From NCBI RefSeq assembly GCF_030028105.1, contig NC_092379.1:23801821-23865820 (forward strand): 64,000 bases of DNA, written 5' to 3'. The translations under genes were made by a program, and so were the position numbers. This stretch comes from Mobula birostris (Eukaryota). The notes under the pieces were generated by a model. The model was given only the letters and a program-made list of their open reading frames with translations. It searched no databases and had not been told where the DNA came from. Positions 36,330 to 49,249 of the stretch are shown one piece after another; the stretch's first letter is position 1, and each line of letters begins with the position of its first letter.

Positions 36330-36611
36330 AGGTTTTGGTGAAAGTGCATTGATGTGAGCTAGTAACTCTGTTTCTCAAACCACATATGTTCCCTGAGCTG
36401 CTCAGAGCTGGCAGTGCAGAAGGTAGAATAACGCAAGTCGGGCAGATTTGCAGCCGAAGACATCCTACATCCTGGGAACAACAGGCGGTGACTGTACTTT
36501 TGTCTGGATCAGTTGCCGTCGTGTACTTTACAGAAAAACACCGATAAAACTGGCAGCAGGGAGCTGGGCTGAAGTGGGGAGCTGGAGGTGCGTGTGTCAG
36601 CTTCGAAGAAA
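36330..36611 (-). pseudogene. C1-set-like exon relic with intact AG/GT, phase 1-1, 282 nt
   Basis: TTGCAAG| ... ACC T|GTAAGT; one frame is open, but the Ig motifs (C..FY..SVK, SPPV..F..S.L, W..SY) fall in different frames. Confidence 0.55.
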
Positions 36612-36734
36612 CTTGCAACGAAATAACATTAGGGTATTTGTACAATATAATCGAGGGTGAATCACCAGACCGGAAGAGATTCTATCTGATTGTTGTCTGT
36701 ATTGTATTAAGGATCTAGACCTGTGTATTTACAT

Positions 36735-37820
36735 AAGATATCGCGTAAAGGATCGATGCTTGACTTGAGACGCCTTGCTGCAAAGACCAATACGTTGAGG
36801 AAGCTCATCACTGAAGCACTGTTTGCTGATGACTGTACCCTCATGGCCCACCGGGAGAACCAGCTGCAGACGATTGTCGACAAATTCTCCGCAGCCTCAA
36901 AACTGTTCGGCCTGCCAATGAGCCTCGGAAAGATCGAAGTTCTCCTACAAACTGCAGTGAACAGTAACCCTCCTCAGCCATGCATCACCATCGACGGCAC
37001 TGTCCTGAAGAACGTGGAGAGCTTCAAGTATCTAGGAAGCACCATCTCCAATGACGGATCACCTGACAAAGAGATCACCGCAAGGATCCCGAAAGCAGCC
37101 AGGCACTCGGAAACTCTGGAGCACTCAGGAAAAGTTCTGGAGCACAAGGACATTCAGTTTTCAACCAACCTCAAGGCGTATAAGGCTGTAGTCCGCACCT
37201 CTCTCCTGCACTGCAGAACAACCTGGACCCTGTACCGCAGGCACATCAAACGCTTGAAGCAGTTTCACATGCGCTCTCTGCGGTCGATAATGAGGATTCG
37301 ATGGCAGGACCGAATCACCAACCAGGAAGTCCTTGACAGAGCCAACAGCACAGGCATTGAGGCGATGATCCTCCAGGCCCAGCTATACTGGACTGGCCAT
37401 CTAATCCGCTTGGGTGAAACAAGAATCCCCGGGCAGCTGCTGTACGGTGAGGTTGAGCATGGCAGTCGCAACCAAGGTCACTCCAAAAAAAGATTCAAAG
37501 ACAATCTGAAATCATACATCAAATGGGCATACCTCCAGCCTCGACAACTTGAGGAGTCCGCAACCGACAGGGCTGCGTGGCGCGCCCTGACCAAAAAGCG
37601 TCATCTGACTTTGAGAATGACCGAAATCAGCGCCTTGCAGCAGCACGAGACCGACGCCACAAAACTGTGTATGCACCAGTTCTAACAAACGCCATTCCAT
37701 GTCCAACCTGCAACCGCATGTGTGCTTTGGCTTCGTCCTCCGAAACCACATGCGTATCCACAGATGACTGCTCAATGTTGAGTCCTCGTCGGACCCAGAG
37801 AGATAACCACCAATTAATTT
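36735..37820 (+). mobile_element. RTE-clade LINE 3' part (paralog of 8180-9255)
   Basis: 320-aa ORF 36723-37685 with LFADDC, YLGS and WTGHLIRL..P.QLLYGE. Confidence 0.9.
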
Positions 37821-38667
37821 GACAGAACTTCGGGTGGCTTGAAGAATAGATGGGGAATTTTAGTTATTCATCTTTTGGGCTGCGGGCTGTGCCGGTAAAG
37901 TCAGAGTGAATTACACATCTGGGTCCCTATTCAGAGAGAATTTGGATACAATCACGTTGATGGTTCAGGAGTCATAAAGAGGCTCGGAGGCGAAGGATGA
38001 GTGATCTTTTTCCTGAAGGATATCACGAATTCTGAAAGGAAATTATTACTAATGGCGAGATTTGAAAATAAAAGCAAATTTGAAATCAGATTGTAGATCC
38101 AAATCTATTGCAAACTGCTCTGGAAATAGCAATAAAAATCAATTCCTGTGTGCGAGCTGCAATCTACACTTAAATCATGCTCTGAGTACTCTGGGTGCTT
38201 GCTGGAATCTCTTTGAGGAAGAATTCTCCAGATTAACAAGCTAAATACTGATTCCATCGAATGACAGAGCAGAGAGTTACGTCATTGATCCGATAATGTC
38301 TTGGCTTCCCTTTAGCTGCGCAAACCCAATAAACCCATTGGATCTCTGCTCTTCCTTGCATCCCTACGAATGTCAAATGTCCTCCTGTTCCACCTCTACA
38401 CTCACTATTGGACATCACGATCATTCAGGCAGTGTGTTCCAGATCAGTAACGTTCATCAAAAACGTTCCCTTAATTGTTCCTTTCCCACAGCATCTATGC
38501 TACTCCCAATCCCCATTCGCCAATGCAAGGATGCCTGCAATTTATGAAGGCATTGCGCCTAAAATTCCCTGCTATATTATTTCTACACCACGTACCCACT
38601 GCCTTCCTAACCTCAAAGATCTGCCTCTCCGCACATCATTTCTTCACCCATCAGGAAATAAATTTAA

Positions 38668-39344
38668 TGTCACGTACCCTGTGATGGGAATAAAGAACCA
38701 GCGGAAATGGAAAATACTTTGGAGTCCAGTATTGCTATTAACTAATAATATTTATTAGTAGTTACTCAATATAGTAATATCAATGTAGATAAATTAAACA
38801 GGTTAGCAATGATCATATATATAAGTAAATAAATCAGTATGTGTGGAAATATACGTGAAAAACCAAGCTTCTTTAAGTCTATGGGTAAAAACATACAGTC
38901 TTACGATGATGAGTAAAGTTCAGTTCAGTTCGGTTCGTGGTATTGAGTTGAGTAGTGACTTTAACAAAGGGGAACAGTTTTTTTGTGGTGGAGCTTTCAC
39001 CCAGGCGAGGGTGAACACATGGACAACTCCCCACCAGTCAATCCCTTTCCTTTTCACTGCAAGAGATCTGCCTGATCGATCCTCCAAAACCCACTTTTTC
39101 CTGCGGGCACAACAATGCTCATTTAGTGTCCAAAATATATGTATGAGGTCATATGACATTCTGTTTATCTCACCGTACTGGATATCAGCTTTTATTCAAA
39201 TAAGTCCTCTTCCTCTCTGTGTAAGAATGGCAAGTAGGCAATTGCACATTGGACATTTGAAAAGAGACGTAACGTAAATGTTTTTACTCATCAGGTATAT
39301 GAAGGATGTAAGTAATGTCAAATAAATTTAATCCAGTTCAATTC
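38668..39344. mobile_element. Truncated solo LTR fused by deletion to a Rex1-like tail
   Basis: TGTCACGTACCCTGTG start; junction at ~39240 removes ~700 bp relative to 10860-12258. Confidence 0.65.
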
Positions 39345-39424
39345 AGGTTACTGTGAGCAAGGTTCCTCTTTGTAGGCAAGATATTCACACTGCTCCGTCT
39401 CTACATTCACCCAGTGGAGTAATT
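39345..39424 (-). pseudogene. JH pseudogene
   Basis: CAGTGTG (39386-39392), then ..TAC AAAGA GGA ACC TTG CTC ACA GTA ACC; donor lost. Confidence 0.75.
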
Positions 39425-39553
39425 TCGCTCTCCTGTCACATCCACTAATCTCACAAAAGTGTCAACATGATCCCGGAACAACAACAGCCACTTCCTGGAT
39501 TTCTATCCGAAACTTCGAACTTGGATCTTCCTGGCCTTGTCATAAAGGGGCTT

Positions 39554-42500
39554 TGGTAACGGACCCAAATGCAAGACACAGGCACTGCAGTACTAGCTAC
39601 AGGCCAAGTTTTATCAAGAAAGCAAGCGGAGTCCGGAAGAAACGACGCTGGACATGGACAAAGGCCCTGGACGAGGCAAAGACACCGGGCCTGGGCTAGG
39701 ACTAAGACTTGGAAAAAGAATTTGGAACTAGGTGCTTGGGCTAGGATTCCAAGCCAGAGACTGGACAGGGAACGGTAACGTGGGTCTTGATTCGGGCTCG
39801 GACCCCAGATCTAGGCGAGGACAAGACGTGGCTACAGGACTGGACGTGGTTACAGGACTGGGTGTGGAACTCCTGCACAGCACGAGGCACATTGCAATGA
39901 TGAGAACGCAAAGCCTTGACATGGACAAGTCCAGGTTCTTGGACTAGGCTTGGATAAAACGGGGTTCTTGGACGTGGCTTGAACTAGACGAGGGATTCCT
40001 GAACTCGACGAGGGAACTCCTGGTCTGGACGAGGGAACTCCTCGACTGCGGGACGAGGCTCTTGGACGAGGTTTGCCTCGGCTCTTGGACTCGGATTGCT
40101 TAGGCTCTTTGGTACGGAGCAGGGACACCTCCGTGGAGCGTCGGGCCAGGGAACTTTCTTGGGGCAGGGTCGGGACCATTTCTAGGACGCAAGGCCGGGA
40201 CACTTTTTTAGACCCAGTGCCGGGACGCTTTTTAGGATGCAGGACCGGGTTGCTTTCTAAGACTCAGGGCCGGGATGACTGCCGGGGATACTAGCTGAGG
40301 GAAACGCCAAGGTACACTGCGAGGTAATTGTCGGGGATTCGGATGAGGAGGATCCAGCACAGGACGAGAACACGAAGTCTTGATTTGGACAGGACTGGAA
40401 CACGGCACCTGGAACTTGGAACACAGGAACACAGAACACAGAGCCGGGACCCCTCCTTGAGGACAGGACATAAGGCCGGGACTCGTGCACGGAACGCCGA
40501 GCCAGGACCTGTCCTTGGATACAGGACTTAGGGTCGTGGCTCTGCACAGTGTCAGGGCTCCTCTGTGTGAACAGGACATAGGGTCGTGACTCTTCCAGAC
40601 ACGAAAAACTAAACACAAAGAGACACTTCCAAAGTTACCGATAGATTGTTCCTTATCTTGACGGGACAAGGCTCCAGTCTCTCTCCGGTGGGTTAACTTG
40701 AAGGGCAATTCTGACGCAGTGGCAGAAGAAGGTGGTAGACGAAGAGCAAATCTGCAGGGAAATAGCAAGCAACTGCAGGAAACATAAAGTTGTGGTAGTA
40801 GGGGATTTTGATTTTCCATATATTGATTGGGACTCCTATACTGTTAGGAGTCTAGATGGTTTAGTGTTTGTAAAATGTGTTCAGGAAAGTTTTCTAAATC
40901 AATATATGGAGGGACCAACTAGAGGGGATGCAATATTGGATTTCCTGTTAGGAAACGAGTTAGGACAAGTGATGGAAGTCTGTGTAGGGTAGCACTTTGG
41001 TTCCAGTGATCATAACACCATTAGTTTCCACTAGATCATGGACAAGGATAGATCTGGTCCTAGGGTTGAGTTTCTTAACTGGAAGAAGGCCAAATTTGAA
41101 GAAATGAGAAAGGATCTAAAAAGCGTGGATTGGGACAGGTTGTTCTCTGGTAAGGATGTGATTGGTAGGTGGTAAGCCTTCAAAGGAGAAATTTTGAGAG
41201 TGCAGAATTTGTATGTTCCTGTCAGGATTAAAGGCAAAGTGAATAGGAATAAGGAACCTTGGTTCTCAAGGGATATTGCAACTCTGATAAAGAAGAAGAG
41301 GGAGTTGTATGACATGTATAGGAAGCAGGGAGTAAATAAGGTGCTTGAGGAGTATAAGAAATGCAAGAAAATACTTAAGAAAGAAATCAGGAGTGCTAAA
41401 AGAAGACATGAGGTTGCATTGGCAGTCAAAGTGAAGGATAATCCAAAGAGCGTTTACAGGTATATTAAGAGCAAAAGGATTGTAAGGGATAAAATTGGTC
41501 CTCTTGAAGATCAGAGTGGTCGCCTATGTGCGGAACCAAAGGAAACGGGGGAGATATTAAATAGGTTTTTTGCATCTGTATTTACTAAGGAAACTGGCAT
41601 GACGTCTATGGAATTAAGGGAAACAAGTAGTGAGATCATGGAAACTGTACAGATCGAAAAGGAGGAGGTCCTTGCTGTCTTGAAGAAAATTAAAGTGGAT
41701 AAATCCGCGGGACCTGACAGGGTGTTCCCTCGGACCTTGAAGGAGACTGGTGTTGAAATTGCAGGGGCCCTGGCAGAAATATTTAAAATGTCGCTCTCTA
41801 CAGGTGAGGTGCCGGAGGATTGGAGAGTGGCTCATGTTGTTCCGTTGTTTAAAAAAGGATCGAAAAGTAATCCGGGAAATTATAGGCCAGTAAGTTTAAT
41901 GTCGGTAGTAGGTAAGTTATTGGAGGGAGTACTAAGAGACAGAATTTGCAAGCATTTGGATAGACAGGGACTTAATAGGGAGAGTCAACATGGCTTTTTG
42001 CGTGGCAGGTCATGTTTGACCAATCTACTGGAGTTTTTCGAGGAGGTTACCAGGAACATGGATGAAGGGAAGGTAGTGGATATTGTCTACATTGACTTCA
42101 GTAAGGCCTTTGACAAGGTCCCGCATGGGAGATTAGTTAGGAAAATTCAGTCGCTAGGTATACATGGAGAGGTGGTAAATTGGATCAGACATTGGTTCAA
42201 TGGAAGAAGCCAAAGAGTGGTAGTATAGAATTGCTTCTCCGAATGCAGGCCTGTGAGTAGTGGTGTGCCACAAGGATCAGTGCTGGGTCCATTGTTATCT
42301 ATATCAATGATCTGGATGATAATGTGGTAAATTGGATCAGCAAATTTGCTGATGATACAAAGATTGGAGGTGTAGTAGACAGCGAGGAGGGTTTTCAGAG
42401 CCTGCAGAGGGACTTGGACCAGCTGGAAAAATGGGCTGAAAAATGGCAGATGGAGTTTAATGCAGACAAGTGTGAGGTATTGCATGTTGGAATGACAAAC

Positions 42501-45051
42501 CAAGGTAGAACATACAGGGTTAATGGTAAGGCACTGATGAGTGCAGTGGAACAGAGGGATCTGGGAATACAGATACAAAATTCCCTAAAAGTGGCGTCAC
42601 AGGTAGATAGGGTCGTAAAGAGAGCTTTTGGTACATTGGCCTTTATTAATCGAATTATTGATTATAAGAGCTGGAATGTTATGTTGAGGTTGTATAAGGC
42701 ATTGGTGAGGCCGAATCTGGAGTATTGTCTTCACTTTTTGTCACCAAATTACAGGAAGGATATAAATAAGGTTGAAAGAGTGCAGAGAAGGTTTACAAGG
42801 ATGTTGCCAGGACTTGAGAAACTCAGTTATAGAGAAAGGTTGAATAGGTTAGCACTTTATTCCCTGGAGCGTAGAAGAATGAGGGGAGATTTGATAGAGG
42901 TATATAAAATTTTGATGGGTTTAGATAGAGTGAATGCAAGCAGACTTTTTCCACTGAGGCAAGGGGAGAAAATAAAAGGACATGGGTTAAGGGTGAGGAG
43001 GAAAAGTTTAAAGGGAACATTATTGGGGGCTTCTTCGCACAGAGAGTGGTGGGAGTATGGTATGAGCTGCCAGACGAGGTGGTAAATGCGGGTTCTTTTT
43101 TAACATTTAAGAATAAATTGGACAGATACATGGATGGGTGGTGTATAGAGGGATATGGTCCGTGTGCAGGTCAGTGGGACTAGGCAGAAAATGGTTCGGC
43201 ACAGCCAAGAAGGGCCAAAAGGCCTGTTTCTGTGCTGTAGTTTCTATGGTTCTATGGTTCTATGAAGGTAGCAGGCGAGGTCGCAGTCAAGGTAGCAGGC
43301 TAGGATTCGGAAGGAAGGGGAAGGGAACAGTCCAGTGGGGAATCCTTGGTTTACAGAGGGAGTTATGTGCCAGCCCAAAACGAGAATCAGTTACCTCAAT
43401 TAAGGTAACCAATGGAACAAGGGAAAACAGGAAACCGCGGAATAAGGATCGATGAACCGGAACGTGAACGGGAATGCGGATTTCACGGACTGGACCATGA
43501 CAGTAACACCATCCTCCCCTCCCCCCATGTGAGCCTCCTGGCCAACGAGCAGGCTGTCCAGGACTAAGGACGATCTGGGCGGTGGGGGGGGTGGGTTGCG
43601 GTTTAGTATTCAACAGGAGGGCCCCCCAGGATGGCGAGAGTTAAACGACAGTGTCTGTGTTGCTGGGTCCATGTATGAATGGACTTTTCTTATAAAAGCG
43701 GGCGTTGGAACCACCCAATTGCAAAACACAGTCACTGGAGTACTGGGAACAGGACTCGTTTTATCAAGAAAGCAAAGGGAGTCAGAAAGAAACAGCGCTC
43801 GACCTTGACACAGGCCTTAGACGGGACCAGGATACCAGGCCTGGGCTAGGACTATGACGACGAAAAGCAGGACCTGTACAAGGAACATAGAAATAGGAGC
43901 TTTGGCTAGGACTCCGAGCCAGAGACTGGACAGGGATCCGGAAACTGGGTCTTGACTCAGGTTCAGAGTCCGGATCTAGGCAAGTACAAAACGTGGCTAT
44001 TTGACTGCACGTGATTAGGCTACAGGACTGGATGTGGAACTCTTGCACTGGACCAGAACACAAAGCCTTGATTTGGACAGGACGAGGTTTTTGGACTTGG
44101 ATTAGACAAGACGAGGTACTTGGACGTGGCTTGGACCAGACGGGCTACCTGGACGTGGCTTGGATTAGTCCAGGTTCTTCAACATGGCTTGGAGTAATCG
44201 AGGGACTCCTGGACTGGATGAAGGAATGCCTGGACAGGGCGAGGAAATCCAGGGCAGGGCTTGTAACTCCAGAGCAGGGCGGGAAGCTCCAGGGTAGGAA
44301 GTGGCTCTTGGACGAGATTTGTTTCGGCTTGGTTAGGCTCTTGGGCACAGAGCCAGGACTCCTGCTTGGAGTGCAGGGCCGGGGCACTTTCTAGGACGCA
44401 GGGCTGGTCCATTTCTAGAAGGCAGTGCCGGGACGCTTTCTAGGACGCAGGGCCGGGATACTTTCTAGGACGCAGGGATGGGGCACTTTCTAGGACGTAG
44501 GGCTGGGATGACTGCCGAGGATTCTAGAGGAGGGACCTGCCGAGGTAACTGTCCGGAATTCGGATTGGGACGATCCAGCACAGGACGAGAAACTCCAGCA
44601 CAGGACGAGAAGACGAAACCTTGACTTGGACAGGAGTGGAACACGGCGCCTGGAACTTGGAACACAGGAACACAGAACACAGAGCCGGGACCCCTCCTTG
44701 AGGACAGGGCATAGGGCCGGGTCTCGTACATGGAACCCCGAGCTAAGACCCCTCCTTTGCAACAGGCCATAGGGCCGGGACTCTTCTAGACACGGGACAC
44801 TAAATACGAGGACACAAAACGACAGTTCCAAAGTCAACGACAGATTGTTCCTTAACTTGATGCGACAAAGCTCCAGTCTCTCTTCGGCGGGTTAACTTGA
44901 CGGGGAATTTTGACGAAGTGGCAGACGAAGGTGGCAGACAAATGTAGCAGGCGAGGATGCAGAAGGAAAGGGATGTGAACAATCCAGCAGGGATTCCTTG
45001 GTTGCAGAGGTATTTATGTCCCAGCCCAAAACGAGATTCAGGTGCTTCAAT
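39554..45051 (-). mobile_element. Deleted gypsy-derived two-LTR element (paralog of 12468-15330), carrying a CR1 insertion
   Basis: 3' LTR 39554-43502 ends CATGACA; internal ~200 bp; 5' LTR ~43706-45051. Confidence 0.7.
40745..43263 (+). mobile_element. Relatively young 5'-truncated CR1 LINE (EN end + RT)
   Basis: VVGDFDFP; 344-aa ORF 41194-42228 (NYRPVSL, DFSKAFDKVPH); SKFADDT; (TTCTATGG)n tail; GAAG duplicated at 40741-40744 and 43264-43267. Confidence 0.95.
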
Positions 45052-45103
45052 TAGGAAAGATATTCACAGTGCTCCGTCTCCCCATTCACCCAATGCAGCT
45101 ACT
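45052..45103 (-). pseudogene. JH 5' stub with 23-RSS, fused to gypsy LTR
   Basis: Plus CACAGTG 45065-45071, 23 nt, GCAGCTACT. Confidence 0.75.
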
Positions 45104-45405
45104 TCAGTTGCTCGCCACATCCACTGATCTCAGAAAAGTGTCAACATGATCCCAGACCGGCAGCAGCCACTTCCTGGATTTGTATCCGAACTTCTGATCT
45201 TAGCTTTTCCTGGTCTCTGAATAAAAGAAGACTTTTCACGGTTTGCCTGTGTGCAGACAAGAAAGTCAAAGTCGAAGCAAGTTGGGCTATTATTTGCCTA
45301 GAAATAAACATTTGCTATTGCAGCCTTCAGGGATTTGACTCTGGGAGGCAGCAATGCGGAATTCCTGGAGACAGACAGCGATGCAGATGCTCATTTGTCG
45401 GGACC

Positions 45406-45469
45406 AGTTTCTGCTCAGCTCCCCATCACCGTGATGGATATCATAGTGCTTCACTGCAGGTCAAAATCA
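45406..45469 (-). other. DH segment (D2-type), core ATATCCAT
   Basis: TGATTTTGA-12-CACTATG [ATATCCAT] CACGGTG-12-GCAGAAACT. Confidence 0.8.
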
Positions 45470-46189
45470 GGCTTTAACATATCCATCCGAAATGCAATGG
45501 ATCGCAGAGTCGACCAAAGTATATATTAAACCCTCCCTCTGGGTACAGGCGTCCGACACAGCAGGTCTCAATCTCGGCCATCCCAGTTCTGAAGTAGATA
45601 TGATATAACCAACCGACACCTTTTTCTGGGCTTCAACTAAAAGCTCGTCCTCGGTACTTCCGTTCGCATTAAGACTCATTTCCAGTTGAACCTGTGTCAT
45701 GTTGGACAGACAGATGCAAAGGCAATCGTACCACGAATACAGCAGTACACGTAATTCTTTTTTTCAAACCTTTATTCTTTACTGATAGCATGCTATGGGG
45801 GAAGTTACAGACTGATCTCCCAAAAGAGCCCCGAATTACGCAATTCTCCACAATTTATAACATTGATCACGTTGCAGGAAATCTTACGATTACAAGTTTA
45901 GATAACATTAGAATCATTTCAATTACATGCTAAGATACAATTTGATGTAAAAATAATCATTGGTTAGTTAGTTATAATTATTTTAAACCAAAGCTATAGC
46001 TATACCTTGAGATGCTTCTGCATGATCAGATAGTTCCTTTTTTGAACCTTTGCTTATCCTTAGAGAACAATGACGAGTAGGGAACCGGTTAAAAAGCTTC
46101 TTTTTGACTGTTAAAAATAGTAAGATAAGGCGCCCACAAGGTGATCGATGATTAGTTAATCATTTTTCTTGGTCTGTACCCCTATTTTC

Positions 46190-47555
46190 CTATCCCTTCA
46201 CTCCATCATTCTGCCCTTTTATCATACCATGATAACCAATCAAATGGGGGGACGAGAAGGGCATCATCAATCTTTCTGTGAAAAGTCGGCAGCCAGCATT
46301 TAGGCAGGTTATTATCACACAGCAAGCAATAATTATAGCAATGAGAATAATCAGCCCATGCAGTAAATAAGACTCCCGTGATCCTCCCTGCAAACATCCT
46401 AACCAGCTCTCCCGCTGCCCTGAACCTTTCCTGTATCATTCAATTGTTTCGTAATAGACTGAATGGCATGGGTCACGTTGTATGATTCGTCAGTAACATG
46501 GGTGATACATTTGTCTCCGACTATGGCGCATACCCCTCCCTGCTGTGCCAACAGATAATCCACAGCATACCTGGTCTGTTGTGTGTAGAGTCGCAACTCC
46601 ACCAATTCTCTGTTAACAGACTCCAGGCCTTCCACCGTACTGTTTCCCAGTGCCGCCAGCCCACCAATGAGGTAGTTGCGGTTCTTCGTAGCTATGGTTC
46701 GTAGCTCTCTCCCTAGAGAGAGAGTACTCAGAAACCCATAGCCCAGAGAAGAGCCCAGAGTATCAGGATTCCTCCAGTCAGCACGGAATTCCTTACTCAC
46801 GGCTCTAACTGTCAGTCGCCGTTGAACGTGGGCAACCTGAGGGCAGGGAACAGAAAGTGGCCCAATCGTTCCTACACCAAGGAGGTTAGGCAGAATAGTG
46901 GTAGCTGCAGTGTAGGTACCGTTGACCAATAACAGAAATCCTGTTTTGGCCCTGTAACAGGTATTTTTGTAACTCGATATTTTGTCATACCGCAAGTGCT
47001 TCTGTGGATACAGGGAGGAGTATTCAAAAGTCCCTGAACCTGCCGACACATGAGTCCCATAACAATATCCACATACATACTGAATTCCCTTAAAGAGGGG
47101 CACGCATTGTTCGTGGATGCATTTGCAAGAGAATATTCCCTGGTTTACCCTACATCGGCGGTCCGGACGATGTTTCTTCAGGCAAGGTATCTCCGGGGGA
47201 ACCCTGACAAGGACGCACCCCTCCCACTTCTCCTGCAAAACAGAATGGATAATCCCCGACACCCTCGCCAGTAATCTCACCTCCCACTCCCTTAAGACAC
47301 TTACCCCTGATCCCTCTTACATTCTGCCCCTGATTTATCCTCTACCATTAAGTCATGTTCCGCCCAGTGTGGCCCTGATGGGTTAGCAACAAACAATGCT
47401 TCTACAGATTGTACCAAATGATAACATGCAGTATAGTTACCATGCAAATGCATATGAGTCCTATAAAATAAATTGCCCTCCAGGCTTAATACCGTGGGGG
47501 AAATTATAACAATGAAAAGTCCAATAAAAGTCTTTAGTCCACATGCGGAGCCCAT
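46190..47555 (-). pseudogene. env: ERV envelope (293-aa open segment 46399-47280)
   Basis: RRLTVR..GLAALGNST..QQTRYAVDYLLAQQGGVCAIVGDKC. Confidence 0.85.
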
Positions 47556-47579
47556 CGTTCGAAATCACTTAGGTGGATC

Positions 47580-49242
47580 CAGAGGCAGTCCCCTGGAACC
47601 TTAATGGCCGTCGGTGTTTGCAGTAGTATCTGGATTGGCCCTTTCCACCGGGGTCAAAGCTTGGAGCGTTCCCAATCCCTGATCAGTACCGAATCTCCAA
47701 TTTTCAACTCCGGCCTCTCCGTTCCTTGACCTTCAGGCTCCTTAAGGGTATTCTGTACCTGGGAGTGAAGAACCTTTGGAGAGAATGTTAGTTGGCTAAA
47801 GTACTTCTGCAATCCGTCCCCCGTGACATTTAGATCATTTTGGGTGGGAGACCACATGTCAGCGCCCCATAGGGCCCTTCCAGGACGCCCATAAACAATT
47901 TCAGCTGCAGATACACCTGTAGTGGAGTGTGGATTAATTCTCATATGCTATAAAGCAAGCGAAAGGACAATCAGCTAACTCAGTCCGGTTTCGGACATTA
48001 ACTTAGACAGCTTGTTTTTCAGGGTGCCGTTGGCCCGTTTCACTATTCCTGCAGCCTTCGGGTGGTAAGCAAAATGAAACTGCGGTTTGATGCGCAGCAC
48101 CTCACATAGTTCTTTAATTATATTTCCTACAAAGTGAAGGCCATTACCCGAACTTATTTGTCTGGCCAATCCGATTCTTGGTATCATCTCTGTAAGTAAC
48201 AACCTTACCACCGTAGAAGCTTTATTATTGGTGGTGGGAAAGGCTTCAATCAATTTACTGAACACATCTACAATCACTAAACAATGCTGATAACAGTGCA
48301 CGCGCGGTAGTTCCATAAAAGCAAGCATCAAAAGGGCGAATTGTCAAGGGGGTTTTCCCTTTCCTGCTTTTGTCTTTTGGCAAATCAAACAGGCTTATAT
48401 TTTTGCAGCAGCCTCCTCCAGCAGGGGTGCCACCATGTGCGGAGCAAAATATTACTCATTCCACCCTTGCCGACGTGGGTGTCCGCAAGCAAGCAATCGA
48501 GCAATATAGGCAGCAATGCATCAGGAATACAAACTTGGCCAACTGGCGTATGCCAGAGGCCTGTCGACACCGAACGCGTACATCCGTGTGTATTCCAAAG
48601 TTGATTTTCTGAATCAGGGGGGTCCCCCTGGAATTTTTCAACTTCAGCCCTGTCTGGAGTGCCCGGCTCTCGTGGTGTTTTAGTCAGGGTCAAGGCCAAT
48701 CACTCTGCAGTCAAAACAGTAGCAGTTGCCTCCTGCGCAGCCTGCTTGGCTGCCAAATCAACCCTGTTATTCCCTTTAGTCACTGCAGATTCGTCTTTCA
48801 GATGAGCCGAACATTTAATAATAGCTAATGAGATCACGTATCCCCATGAATGCAAAGCATTCAGAAGCGTATTGGTGTCCTGCACGTTTGAGGTTTCTCT
48901 CGGGCTTGCCAGTAGGAGGTCATCTACGTACTGTATTACTGTAGAGCCCCCGAGAAATTGTAAATCTCTAAGCTGCCAATGTAATTTACGTGAGAAAATA
49001 GTGGGGGAGTGCAAGAACCCTTGGGGTAACCTAGTCCAAGTGTACTGCTGATCTTGAAAGGTAAACGCAAAAAGGTACTGTGACTCAGGAGCAAGCGGTA
49101 TTGCAAAAAACGCATGCTGCAGATCTACTGTAGTAAAGACTTGGGAGTCCGGTGGAATGTTGCTTAAGATCGTAGCAGGATTAGGGTCCACCGGAGGTAT
49201 AGGCTGCACAATGTCATGCTTTTCTGTGTGAAGTCTCTGCAT
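47580..49242 (-). pseudogene. pol: ERV pol remnant (RT palm-RNase H tail, integrase)
   Basis: LPQGFLHSPTIF, QYVDDLLLAS, GNNRVDLAAK; IVDVFSKLIEAFP..YHPKAAG. Confidence 0.92.
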
Positions 49243-49249
49243 TCACTCC

